Positions 12,501 through 34,089 of a DNA stretch of 64,000 nucleotides are shown one piece after another. Source of the DNA: Anolis carolinensis (lineage: Eukaryota); NCBI RefSeq assembly GCF_035594765.1, contig NW_026943826.1, positions 11,521,198 to 11,585,197 of the forward strand, read 5' to 3'. Positions within the stretch are counted from its first letter, which is position 1. Every line of letters starts with the position of its first letter. Under the pieces are notes generated by a model, which did not search any database, was not told the DNA's origin, and saw only the letters and a program-made list of their open reading frames with translations. Both the position numbers and the translations under genes were made by a program.

Positions 12501-14861
12501 CCAACGTTGGGTGGAGCTAATGGTAGGCGGAATTAATAAATGGAGCTAACAGATGGAGCCAATGGTGGGTGGAGCTACATGGTAGTTGGAGCCAATGGTG
12601 GGTGGAGTTAATGGTAGATGGAGCCAACGTTGGGTGGAGCTAATGGTAGATGGCATTAGTAAGTGGAGCTAACAGATGGAGCCAATGGTGGGTGGAGCTA
12701 ATGGTAGTTGGAGCCAACGGTGGGTGGAGCTAATGGTAGGCAAAGCCAATGGTGGGTGGAGCCAATGGCAGTTGGAGCCAACGGTATGTGATGACAACAG
12801 TGGGCGGAGCCAGGCTGCACTTTAATTCCACTGTCTATACACCATGAGAAATATATTTACTTAGAACTAACAGTGTGAATAAATTAATTAATCCCAAGTA
12901 TAGTCGATCCAATGGAAATAATTTACTTTCGTCCCATAGATGGTGGTTTTCCGCAGGCCCAGTTTCTCGGTGAAGGCCACCATGGTGAAGCCAACCGTGG
13001 CTCCTCCTTCAAACTCCATGTTGACCACCTGGAAAGATTTATTATTATTATTATTATTATTATTTTAAAGATGATACAATCTAACATCTTATTTTAAATA
13101 GACAGACATGAAATCGTACCTGGTTGGTGACGACGTCGTTGTCGCACTCGTAGACGCACCTCCCGTAAGGACCGCGGCGCAAGGCGTCCGTCAGGGATTC
13201 GATGTCGTAGGTGCCGTCACTGCAAACGACGGACACCGGCCAATCAAAGTAGCCCTAGAAAGCCGGCCAATGAGTCAGGGAGCGCGTCTACACGGCTGAA
13301 ATAATGCAGATTGGTCCCGCTATGGGATCCTTGGAGTTGTAGTTTGGCGAGACCTTGCAAAACTATAAGTCCCACCTTTTTGGCGGGCTCCAGGTAGACC
13401 TTCTGAGCAGAATACGGACAGGTTGGCTCCACCAAACAATCCCAACACCGGCTGGAGGCTCCTTTGGGCTGAAATAATAATACCGTATATACTCGAGTAT
13501 AAGCCGACCCAAATATAAGCTGAGGCATCTAATTTTACCACAAAAAAAAAACTGGCAAATCATTGACTCAAGTATAAGCCGAGAGTGGTAAAAATACATA
13601 CCAAAAAATTACATTAAATGAGGCATCCGTGAAATAATAGAGTGAAATAATAAATGTATTAATAATAATAAAAATAGAGTAAAATAAATGTAATAGTAGC
13701 AACAATAATAGAGTACAATAATAAATGCAATAACAATAGAGTAAAATAATAAAGGTAATAATACCAATAATAATAGAGTAAAATAATACATGTAATAATA
13801 ATAATAATAAATACAGGAAAATAATACATGTAATAATAAATAGAGTAGAACAATAAACGTAATAATAATAATATCAGAGTGAAATAATAAATGTATTAAT
13901 AATAATAAAAATAGAGTAAAATAAATGTAATAGTAGCAACAATAATAGAGTACAATAATAAATGCAATAACAATAGAGTAAAATAATAAAGGTAATAATA
14001 CCAATAATAATAGAGTAAAATAATACATGTAATAATAATAATAATAAATACAGGAAAATAATACATGTAATAATAAATAGAGTAGAACAATAAACGTAAT
14101 AATAATAATATCAGAGTGAAATAATAAATGTATTAATAATAATAAAAATAGAGTAAAATAAATGTAATAGTAGCAACAATAATAGAGTACAATAATAAAT
14201 GCAATAACAATAGAGTAAAATAATAAATGTAATAATACCAATAATAATAGAGTAAAATAATACATGTAATAATAATAATAATAAATACAGGAAAATAATA
14301 CATGTAATAATAAATAGAGTAGAACAATAAACGTAATAATAATAATATCAGAGTGAAATAATAAATGTATTAATAATAATAAAAATAGAGTAAAATAAAT
14401 GTAATAGTAGCAACAATAATAGAGTACAATAATAAATGCAATAACAATAGAGTAAAATAATAAATGTAATAATACCAATAATAATAGAGTAAAATAATAC
14501 ATGTAATAATAATAATAATTAATACAGGAAAATAATACGTGTAATAATAAATAGAGTAGAACAATAAATGTAATAATAATAATATCAGAGTGAAATAATA
14601 AATGTATTAATAATAATAAAAATAGAGTAAAATAAATGTAATAGTAGCAACAATAATAGAGTACAACAATAATAGAGAAAAATAATAAATGTAATAATAT
14701 CAATAATAATAGAGAAAAATAATAAATGTACCATATATTCTGGAGTATAAGCTGATCCAAATATAAGCCAACCAGGACCCTCACCCGAGTATAAGTCGAG
14801 GGGGGCTTTTTTAGTCCTAAAAAAAGGGCTGAAAAACTAGGCTTATACTGGAATATATACA

Positions 14862-14906
<45 letters not shown>

Positions 14907-14942
14907 TTGAAATAGGTAAAGCTTCCATTTGTTAACATTTTA

Positions 14943-14990
<48 letters not shown>

Positions 14991-17377
14991 GGTATTGTTT
15001 ACATTTTAGAATACTTTAGAATAGCCAGCAATGAAAGGACCAAAGTAGAGACATCTCCGGCCCATATCAGCCAGCATGACAATGAATTAAATCAAGAAAC
15101 CACTTCCTAAGATCTGTAGAGATACTCGCAGGAACACCTCAGCAAGCAAGAGTCCAAAAGTGGCAGGCTAAAACCCGGAACAATTTGGGCCAGATGGGCC
15201 TAGGAGAGGAAAATCCAACCAACCTGGTGCCCTTTTGTGAAATGGGAGACATTCCCAAAAGAGGACACTTTCAAACATCTGGAAGAAAAGACAGGGAGGA
15301 AAGGGAGTTGTAGTCACTTTGCTCTACAGTCCAGGGCAGTACCTATTGATCTACTCATACTCTGGGGGTTGGTGCTCATCTCCATTTCTAAGCCGAAGAG
15401 CCGGCATTGTCCGTAGACACCTCCAAGGTCATGACTGCATGGAGCGCCAATGTTACCATCCCGCCGCAGCAGTACCTATTGATCTACTCGCATTGGCATG
15501 TTTTCGAACTGCTAGTTTGGCAGAAGCTGGGGCCAACAGCGGGCGCTCCCCCCGCTCCTCCGATTCGAACCTGCGACCTTTCGGTCCGCCCTGCCTTGTG
15601 TTTACCTTTTGCCGCCCATCCAGAAATTGATGAGGTCGAGGTCGTGGCACGACTTGGCCAGCAAGGAGAAGGAGCTCTCCGCTTCGTTGCGCCAGTTCCC
15701 GCGCACAAAAGAGTGCGCAAAATGCCAGAATCCCACCTGGATAGAAAAGGACGTGTTGTCGAAGGCTTGCTGTTGACCTAAGCAGCCCGAAAGACAGTTG
15801 CATCTGTCGAGTAGGAAATTTAGGTACCGCTTGTAATGAAGTACGAATTTTTGGTTTACAAATGTTATGTTTAATTGTGTGTTTGTGTTTTAAACGGGTA
15901 AGTATTACAGTTGTTGCCTCTCAGCACTCAGAGGCTGGTTGCCATGGAGAAGTAGGCGGAGTCAACTGCCGTTTTGTTGAAGAAGTGCAGAGTTTAAAAA
16001 AGGGATTCAGTCTGTGCTCCGATGAGGCACAAGGAAGACTGATCCTAGGTTGAGGGGATCAATTGTTCACTTTTGAGTCAGTTTAAAATAAGTTTGGTGA
16101 CTTATTTAATGTAGTCTGTGTCCCGGTAAGGAACAGAGAATCTGTGATCGTATATCACAGGGGGGACTGCGGTTTAAAAGTAGCAGAGAAAGAAGTTCTA
16201 ACTACTTTAAGTAAAAAAAGTGTCACTTCCTAATGGGTCCTATTAATGGCATTTTTGGTCACGAACCCGTTCCAAATGCTGAATGTGGCAGATGTCTCCG
16301 ATGAGCCCCGAATCCAGTAGCTCCTAAGCGGGGAATCAAAACAAGAACATAGATTGTAAAAATTTACTGCAAAATTGCAATGGTTTTCTACAGCTTATCA
16401 AATGCACAAAGTACTGTATATACTCTTTTCCCCGTAATAGGCAGTAAGACCACCTAAAGCTTCTGCTCGACCATTTCAAAGCTCTTCTGCTTGGGCGGTG
16501 ATTACGCTATCGTCGGCATAAATATTTTTGAAAAGCACAGGTTGTTATTGCCATTAATACTAGATGTCGTACCTTGATTTTCAGGACAACCGGGTGGTAG
16601 CGCAGGACGTGGCACACGGCAAGGATGGCGTGTCCGCTTTGACACGCCTGGACGATTTCTTTACAGTCCTCTGGGGTGGTCTGCGAAGAGGAAACAAGGT
16701 AAAACATATCAACAAAATTATTATTTTAAGTATTTTATGTGTTTTGGCAATGTCGTGACCCACCTAGAAGTTCGTCCGAGATTTTCCGTTTTTCCTCCAC
16801 CACGGACACCCCGGTGTTCCCGCCTACACCCAGACTGCACTATGAACCCATACATTATTAATGCTAGCAATATCTAAAAATGAATTTAGAATTATGCATA
16901 AATACTAATAAAATAATACAATGATAATGATATAATAACAATGCATTAAAATACATACGTACATTATTAAATGACCCGGGCAATGCTAGTAATAATAATA
17001 AAATAATAATTATAGTAATATTATTATTAATAATAGTAATCCCTTATTTTTTCAAATGACTTGGGAAACACCGGGTAGCCAAGCTAGTAATAATAATAAA
17101 TGATAATAATAATAATAATAATGATAATAATAATAATAACAATCCCTTACTTTTTCAAATGATCTGGGAAACACCGGGTACCCAAGCTAGTAATAATAAT
17201 AAATGGTAACAATAATAATAAATGATAATAATAATAGTAATAATAATAATAATAATCCCTTACTTTCTCAAATGACCTGGGAAACACAAGGTACCCAAGC
17301 TAGTAATAATAATAAATGATAATAGTAATAATAATAATAAACAAATGATAATAATAATAATAGTAAAATAATACATG

Positions 17378-17412
<35 letters not shown>

Positions 17413-18887
17413 CCCTTACTTTTTCAAATGACCTGGGAAACACAAGGTACCCAAGCTAGTNNNNNNNNNNNNNNNNNNNNNNNNNNNNNNNNNNNNNNNN
17501 NNNNNNNNNNNNNNNNNNNNNNNNNNNNNNNNNNNNNNNNNNNNNNNNNNNNNNNNNNNNNNNNNNNNNNNNNNNNNNNNNNNNNNNNNNNNNNGATCTG
17601 GGAAACACCGGGTATCCAACTTAGTAATACTAATAAATGATGATGATGATGATGATAACAATAATAATAAATGATAACAATAATAATAAATGATAATAAT
17701 GATAGTAACAATAATAATGATAACAATAATAATGATGATAAATGATAATAATGATGATAATAATAACTGATAGCAGTGATAATAATAAATGATAATAATA
17801 ATACAAATAAATGATTATAATAATGATAATAACAATAATAATAATAACAATAATAATAAATGATAGCAATGATGATAATAATAATAACAATATTAATAAC
17901 AACAATAATAATNNNNNNNNNNNNNNNNNNNNNNNNNNNNNNNNNNNNNNNNNNNNNNNNNNNNNNNNNNNNNNNNNNNNNNNNNNNNNNNNNNNNNNNN
18001 NNNNNNNNNNNNNNNNNNNNNNNNNNNNNNNNNNNNNNNNNNNNNNNNNNNNNNNNNNNNNNNNNNNNNNNNNNNNNNNNNNNNNNNNNNNNNNNNNNNN
18101 NNNNNNNNNNNNNNNNNNNNNNNNNNNNNNNNNNNNNNNNNNNNNNNNNNNNNNNNNNNNNNNNNNNNNNNNNNNNNNNNNNNNNNNNNNNNNNNNNNNN
18201 NNNNNNNNNNNNNNNNNNNNNNNNNNNNNNNNNNNNNNNNNNNNNNNNNNNNNNNNNNNNNNNNNNNNNNNNNNNNNNNNNNNNNNNNNNNNNNNNNNNN
18301 NNNNNNNNNNNNNNNNNNNNNNNNNNNNNNNNNNNNNNNNNNNNNNNNNNNNNNNNNNNNNGGTTTCTCCAGTAAGATGTGATATCCTTTGTGGGCAAAA
18401 GCCACCGCCGGCGCCTAGAGAGAAACAGAAGCAAAGTCTCCTTCAGCGATGGCAAAGTGGTGTCAAACCGCATTAATTCTACAATGTAGACACACTGGCC
18501 TTACCTTATGGAGCCGGTCTGGTGTTGCAATGAGAACGGCGTCTGCAAACCTCTCTCTCTCGGCCGCGGGTCTCCAGTCTTAAAAGATAAAGGATTTTGC
18601 AAAATTATAACGCCGTGTATAATTGTGTCCATGTGTTTTGGACTGCAACTCCCACCATTCCTGACAGTTTACCGTCAAAGACATTGGCCGGGTCCATGGG
18701 ATGCATCTCTTGGAGCTCTTTTCTGGCCGAAGACCTGGGATCGGCCACACCAACGACCTGATCGAAAAGGGGGAAAATTACAAATCAAATATAAACATTT
18801 AAATCCATTATTATTATTATTATTATTATCATTATTATTATTTTCAAGCCATGACGAGAGGCACGTCCATGACACGGCACCAGGAAA

Positions 18888-18921
<34 letters not shown>

Positions 18922-18937
18922 TTCATGCGCATTGGAT

Positions 18938-18974
<37 letters not shown>

Positions 18975-19023
18975 TAGTTTCAAGCCATGACAAGAGGCAC
19001 GTCCATGACACGGCACCAGGAAA

Positions 19024-19066
<43 letters not shown>

Positions 19067-19111
19067 TTCAAGCCATGACAAGAGGCACGTCCATGAGACG
19101 GCACCGGGAAA

Positions 19112-19155
<44 letters not shown>

Positions 19156-19202
19156 GTTTCAAGCCATGACAAGAGGCACGTCCATGACACGGCACCGGGA
19201 AA

Positions 19203-19255
<53 letters not shown>

Positions 19256-19413
19256 GTTTCAAGCCATGACGAGAGGCACATCCATGACATGGCACCAGGA
19301 AATATTATTATTATTATTATTATCATTATTTTCAAGCCTTGACGAGAGGCACGTGCATGACACAGCACCAGGAAATATTATTATTATTATTACTACCTTC
19401 ATGCGCGTGGGAT

Positions 19414-19462
<49 letters not shown>

Positions 19463-19587
19463 TAGTTTCAAGCCATGACGAGAGGCACGTCCATGAGACG
19501 GCACCAGGAAATATTATTATTATTATTATTATTATTATTAGTTTCAAGCCATGACAAGAGGCACGTTCATGAGACGGCACCAGGAAA

Positions 19588-19633
<46 letters not shown>

Positions 19634-19678
19634 TTCAAGCCATGACAAGAGGCACGTCCATGAGACGGCACCGGGAAA

Positions 19679-19719
<41 letters not shown>

Positions 19720-19766
19720 GTTTCAAGCCATGACGAGAGGCACGTCCATGAGACGGCACCAGGAAA

Positions 19767-19815
<49 letters not shown>

Positions 19816-19943
19816 TTCATGCGTGTGGGATGTATTATTATTATTATTATTATTAGTTTCAAGCCATGACGAGAGGCACGTCCATGAGACGTCACCAGGA
19901 AATATTATTATTATTATTATTATTACCTTCATGTGCGTGGGAT

Positions 19944-19989
<46 letters not shown>

Positions 19990-20189
19990 TAGTTTCAAGC
20001 CATGATGAGAGGCACATCNNNNNNNNNNNNNNNNNNNNNNNNNNNNNNNNNNNNNNNNNNNNNNNNNNNNNNNNNNNNNNNNNNNNNNNNNNNNNNNNNN
20101 NNNNNNNNNNNNNNNNNNNNNNNNNNNNNNNNNNNNNNNNNNNNNNNNNNNNNNNNNNNNAGGCACGTCCATGACACGGCACCAGGAAA

Positions 20190-20232
<43 letters not shown>

Positions 20233-20333
20233 TTCATGCGCGTGGGATGGCACAGAGCATAAGATGAGTAGCGTTTCCCTCGATTTCCACAACCGATGAT
20301 GAGAATGCTGATCTGGCGAGACGTTGCCATCAT
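9549..20333 (-). CDS. Gfo/Idh/MocA-family NAD(P)-dependent oxidoreductase (YteT-like), ~425-430 aa, 13 coding exons
   Basis: Exons 20333-20232, 18757-18673, 18578-18505, 18414-18362 (runs into gap), 16680-16573, 16323-16267, 15736-15606, 15278-15224, 13468-13376, 13254-13120, 13028-12927, 11690-11526, 9665-9549; all visible junctions GT-AG and in frame. Motifs: Rossmann IIGCGNRG, DAVLIATPDRLH, HILLEKP, AVCHVLRYHP, HSFVRGNWR, LLAKSCHDLD, GPYGRCVYECDNDVV, SHLLVFEAEKSR. Confidence 0.9.
9820..11230. repeat. G-rich ~32-bp minisatellite
   Basis: (ggtgggtggagctaatggtaagtagagtcaac)n in the last oxidoreductase intron. Confidence 0.95.
11830..12810. repeat. G-rich minisatellite, same family
   Basis: ggtgggtggagctaatggtag...gagccaa variants. 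Confidence 0.9.
13483..14862. mobile_element. Non-autonomous pogo/Tigger-type DNA transposon with internal 237-bp AT-rich tandem repeat
   Basis: Imperfect TIRs ccgtatatactcgagtataagcc / ggcttatactggaatatatacag, TA flanks; 237-bp period visible in the ORF track. Confidence 0.75.
15325..15590 (-). mobile_element. Sauria SINE fragment
   Basis: gcagtacctattgatctactcgcattggcatgttttcgaactgctag...gaagctggggc; related pieces at 30720-30860, 35985-36175, 38330-38650, 52520-53220. Confidence 0.65.
15832..16225. mobile_element. Interspersed repeat, possibly LTR-derived; second copy at ~27800-28300
   Basis: About 330 bp near-identical to 27822-28160; the longer copy has AATAAA and TG...CA ends but no clear TSD. 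Confidence 0.45.
16965..17630 (+). repeat. Tandem copies of a Helitron-like 3' terminus in (TAA)n
   Basis: tttcaaatgacctgggaaacaccgggtacccaagCTAGt repeated with TAA-rich spacers. Confidence 0.5.
17461..17594. other. Assembly gap
   Basis: Run of N. Confidence 1.
17913..18361. other. Assembly gap truncating oxidoreductase exon 4 just after EKP
   Basis: Run of N. Confidence 1.
18807..20231. repeat. Composite tandem repeat: ~47-bp unit alternating with (ATT)n
   Basis: tttcaagccatgacgagaggcacgtccatgacacggcaccaggaaat + (att)n; includes gap 20019-20160. Confidence 0.9.
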
Positions 20334-20339
20334 CGCCTC

Positions 20340-20415
20340 GAAAACATGCAAACGCAAGTAGGTAAATAGGTACTGCTCCGGCTGGAAGGTAAACAACGCT
20401 CCATATAAATAAAGT

Positions 20416-20470
<55 letters not shown>

Positions 20471-20602
20471 GAAAGGTATACATTTTACAAAGAGGTCAGC
20501 CCTAGTTGCTGCCAACCTCGCAGTTCGGAAACATGGAAACACGAGTAGATAAATAGGTACTGCTCCGGCAGGAAGGTAAACAGAGCTCCATATAAATGAA
20601 CT

Positions 20603-20654
<52 letters not shown>

Positions 20655-20946
20655 GAAAGGTATACATTTTACAAAGAGGTCAGCCCTAGTTGCTGCCAAC
20701 CTAGCAGTTCGGAAACATGGAAACGCGAGTAGATAAATAGGTACTGCTCCGGCAGGAAGGTAAACAGCACTCCATATAAATAAAGTGTATTATTATTATT
20801 ATTATTATTATTATGAAAGGTATACATTTTACAAAGAGGTCAGCCCTAGTTGCTGCCAACCTCGCAGTTCGGAAACATGGAAACGCGAGTAGATAAATAG
20901 GTACTGCTCCGGCGGGAAGATAAACAGTGCTCCATATAAAGTAAGT

Positions 20947-20977
<31 letters not shown>

Positions 20978-21109
20978 GAAAGGTATACATTTTACAAAGA
21001 GGTCAGCCCTAGTTGCTGCCAACCTCGCAGTTCGGAAACATGGAAACGCGAGTAGATAAATAGGTACTGCTCCGGCAGGAAGGTAAACAGAGCTCCATAT
21101 AAATAAAGT

Positions 21110-21149
<40 letters not shown>

Positions 21150-21160
21150 AGGCATACATT
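20340..21160 (+). repeat. Tandem array of Sauria-SINE-derived fragment plus (ATT)n
   Basis: aacctcgcagttcggaaacatggaaacgcgagtagataaataggtactgctccggcaggaaggtaaac, about 5 copies. Confidence 0.75.
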
Positions 21161-21316
21161 TCACAAAGTCATCCAGTCCAACCCTCACTCCCCAAGGCAC
21201 AATCTAAGCCCTCCCAACAGATGGCCATCCAGAAAGCTGCTATGGATAGGCATGCAGGATAATAAAGCATTGCAATTTTAATTAATTTTAATTTAAATGC
21301 ATTGCAGGATGTTTAC

Positions 21317-21535
21317 CTTTGGACCTTCTCTGCAAGGAAGAGCAGCTCGCCTGGCCACGCCCCCTTCCTCTCTCCTCATTGGTGCAGGACTCCCAGGACC
21401 AACATCCAATCAGCGACGGCGTGACGTCATAGAGAGGCTCCTTACAGCTGCTTTCCAAAACTGCGCAGGCGCAGAAGGGTCTCTGTTGCACTTTGCTCTC
21501 TCTCTATTAATTATGCATGCGTGGAATTTGCATGA
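21317..21535 (-). promoter_or_regulatory. Probable promoter and short non-coding first exon of the oxidoreductase gene
   Basis: Donor AAAG|gtaaac at 21317. Sp/KLF CCACGCCCC ~21355, CCAAT boxes ~21378 and ~21406, perfect CRE TGACGTCA 21422-21429, NRF1-like CTGCGCAGGCGCAG 21461-21474, octamer ATTTGCAT ~21526. Confidence 0.6.
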
Positions 21536-21605
21536 CCCCGCCCACTGCCTCCAGGGCAAAATAGCCCAACATAAACCAAACTTTTTAAGTACTGATGCAT
21601 GCAAA

Positions 21606-22640
21606 ATGAATTTAAAATTATGCATAAATAATAATATAATAATACAATGATAATGATATGATAACGATGCAATAAAATGCATACATACATTATTAAAGCT
21701 AAAAATGAATTTAAAATTATGCATAAATAATAATATAATAATACAATGATAATGATATGATAACGATGCAATAAAATGCATACATACATTATTAAAGCTA
21801 AAAATGAATTTAAAATTATGCATAAATAATAATATAATAATACAATGATAATGATATGATAACGATGCAATAAAATGCATACATACATTATTAAAGCTAA
21901 AAATGAATTTAAAATCATGCATAAATAATAATATAATAATACAATGATAATGATATGATAACGATGCAATAAAATGCATACATACATTATTAAAGCTAAA
22001 AATGAATTTAAAATTATGCATAAATAATAATATAATAATACAATGATAATGATATGATAACGATGCAATAAAATGCATACATACATTATTAAAGCTAAAA
22101 ATGAATTTAAAATTATGCATAAATAATAATATAATAATACAATGATAATGATATGATAACGATGCAATAAAATGCATACATACATTATTAAAGCTAAAAA
22201 TGAATTTAAAATTATGCATAAATAATAATATAATAATACAATGATAATGATATGATAACGATGCAATAAAATGCATACATACATTATTAAAGCTAAAAAT
22301 GAATTTAAAATTATGCATAAATAATAATATAATAATACAATGATAATGATATGATAACGATGCAATAAAATGCATACATACATTATTAAAGCTAAAAATG
22401 AATTTAAAATTATGCATAAATAATAATATAATAATACAATGATAATGATATGATAACGATGCAATAAAATGCATACATACATTATTAAAGCTAAAAATGA
22501 ATTTAAAATTATGCATAAATAATAATATAATAATACAATGATAATGATATGATAACGATGCAATAAAATGCATACATACATTATTAAAGCTAAAAATGAA
22601 TTTAAAATTATGCATAAATAATAATATAATAATATAATAA
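21606..22640. repeat. 99-bp AT-rich tandem repeat (~10 near-identical copies)
   Basis: Period 99 (21606, 21705...); 33-aa periodicity in ORF track. Confidence 0.95.
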
Positions 22641-23187
22641 AAATGCATTCAATATATATATATAGATTGCTAGCTGTGCCTGGCCACGTGTTGCGGTGGC
22701 AAAGTGTATTGATATAAAGTATTGAGGAATTGGTGGTAGTTAGTATGTTATTTCCTGTATTTTTTAGGCAGTATGGAAGAACTGTGGCATGAAGGGGGTG
22801 GGGCCTAAAGGGGGCGGGGCCTACCCTTCTGACTGGCAGCCTGGGGGAGAACGGCTCTTCCTCGTTTTCTTTAAATTGGATTGAATTCTTCTAGGGTTTT
22901 TTTTATTGAAAGACACAGATTGGATGACTATCTCTTTTGTGGCCAAATTTGGTGTGATTTGGTCCAGTAGTTTTGTTGTTTACTCCGTGGGAAAAACACA
23001 CACTGGTGCAATATGTTACAAAATTATGATCGTTGTGAGATTTGCTTTGACAAGAGAGAGACACACACACTCCAAGGCGGCCATCTTTTTATTGTCATTA
23101 CGGTATGAAGAGTTGCCCCGTCTACGGCTAACCGCCTTCCTCCCAGTGTCTCTGGCCCAACGGCGGGATTCGCACCCAGCTCCGGCC

Positions 23188-32585
<9,398 letters not shown>

Positions 32586-32639
32586 GGCGGAGTGGCCTGC
32601 GAGGGGGACACCACTGCTTAGCCATCATACATGAACATG

Positions 32640-33340
32640 TGTCACTTGGGGAACAAGAAACATATGAGCGAGGGGAGGTCGCTCATGCCAGGAAGATCCT
32701 ACTCTCAGTCCCACCACCTTCAGAAGCACAATGGGTGGGAACGAGAGATAGGACCTTCTCAGTGGTGGCACCTTGGTTGTGGAACTCCCTCCCTAATGAT
32801 ACCAGTTTGAGCCCATCATGTATACTCAGGGCGCTTGGAGAACAAGATATGAGCGAGGGGAGTTCGCCCATGCTGGGGAGATCCTACTCTCAGTCCCACC
32901 ACCTTCAGAAGCACGACTGGTGGGAAAGAGAGAGAGGGCCTTCTGGGTGTTGGTGCCTTTATTGTGGAACTCCCTTCCCAGTGATACCAGTTCGAGCACT
33001 AACTTGACCACAATAAAGTTCTTAAGAACTTCCATTGTGTATATTCAGAGCGCTCAGGGAACAAGAAACATATGAGCGAGGGGAGGTTCTGCTCTCAGTC
33101 CCACCACCTTCAGAAGCACGGCTGGTAAGAACGAGAGACAGGACCTTCTTGATGGTGGTGCCTTCATTGTGGAACTCCCTTCCCAGTGATACCAGTTCGA
33201 GCGCTAACTTGGCCACGGTTAAGTTCTTAAGAATTTGCATAGTGTATACTCAGGGTGCTCGGGGAACAAGAAACATATGAGCGAGGGGAGCTCACTCTTG
33301 CTGGTGAGATCCTACTCTCAGTCCGACCAACTTCAGAAGC
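32640..33340 (+). mobile_element. Tandemly duplicated L2 LINE 3' fragment
   Basis: Translates to RTFSVVAPWLWNSLP / RAFWVLVPLLWNSLP, the L2 ORF2 C-terminal motif; about 4 copies. Confidence 0.6.
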
Positions 33341-34089
33341 CAAATCGGAGGTAAGTCGTAAGGAGTCAAAAAAGGTGCATCAGCGCCTCCGAACAAATGT
33401 CGTTTGACACCACTTTAACTGCATTGGGAGTTGTAGTTTGGGCGAGGCACTAAAGCACTAAAGAACTTGCCAAACTACAACTCCGCCACGAAGCGGATTC
33501 AAGTGGTATGAAAACTACAGACACACCCCGCATCTTACTGCCTCATTGCACCTCATCCTCTTTAAATCCAGCAGAATTCTGGGATTTGTAGTTCGACGAA
33601 GGCCTAGGACCTAACCTGGATGGGCTGCTGAAAGGCCCCTCCTGAAAGTGGATTCGAACTGGATCCAAAGTCTAGTGTGACGAGATCCTATAATGGGAGT
33701 TTGTAGCTCAATAGAGGGCCTTACACCTACAGAACTACAACTCCCAGCATCCCATTGAGAATAGAGATGCATTCACTTGGATCCTTAAAAAAAGGATGCT
33801 GACCCATGAAAAAGGCCTGGCTATGGACCGGAGGAAATCTGTGTTTCTTACCTGGGCGTGGACATCAAGGTGGAGCATCCGTGGGAGAACAAGGAGGAGG
33901 CAGGGTGGCCTCTCCGCTCCTGGACCAGGGAGGAGGGGTGGCCGGTGATGTCACGGTGGTGCGTCTTCCCCTCCTTCTTTTCCCGCAGCATCCTGCGTCC
34001 GCCTTCCTTGCCTTAAAGAGGCAGCGCCAGGCAGCATCCTTCCTCCGCAGCCCCGGAAGGAGACGTGGTTGGGTACCACTTGGGCTGCG

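Noticed and set aside
13609-14928. 439-aa hydrophobic ORF
   Set aside because: Translation of the 237-bp AT-rich repeat inside a DNA transposon.
18807-20231. CRISPR-like repeat/spacer pattern (also 1-480 and 60750-61660)
   Set aside because: Spacers are (ATT)n/(TAA)n microsatellites, not unique sequences; vertebrate context; no cas genes.
9549-20333. Bacterial contamination or recent HGT of the oxidoreductase
   Set aside because: Twelve spliceosomal introns filled with host repeats and contiguous with vertebrate genes.
21410-22648. 412-aa and 356-aa ORFs
   Set aside because: 99-bp tandem repeat open in two frames by chance.
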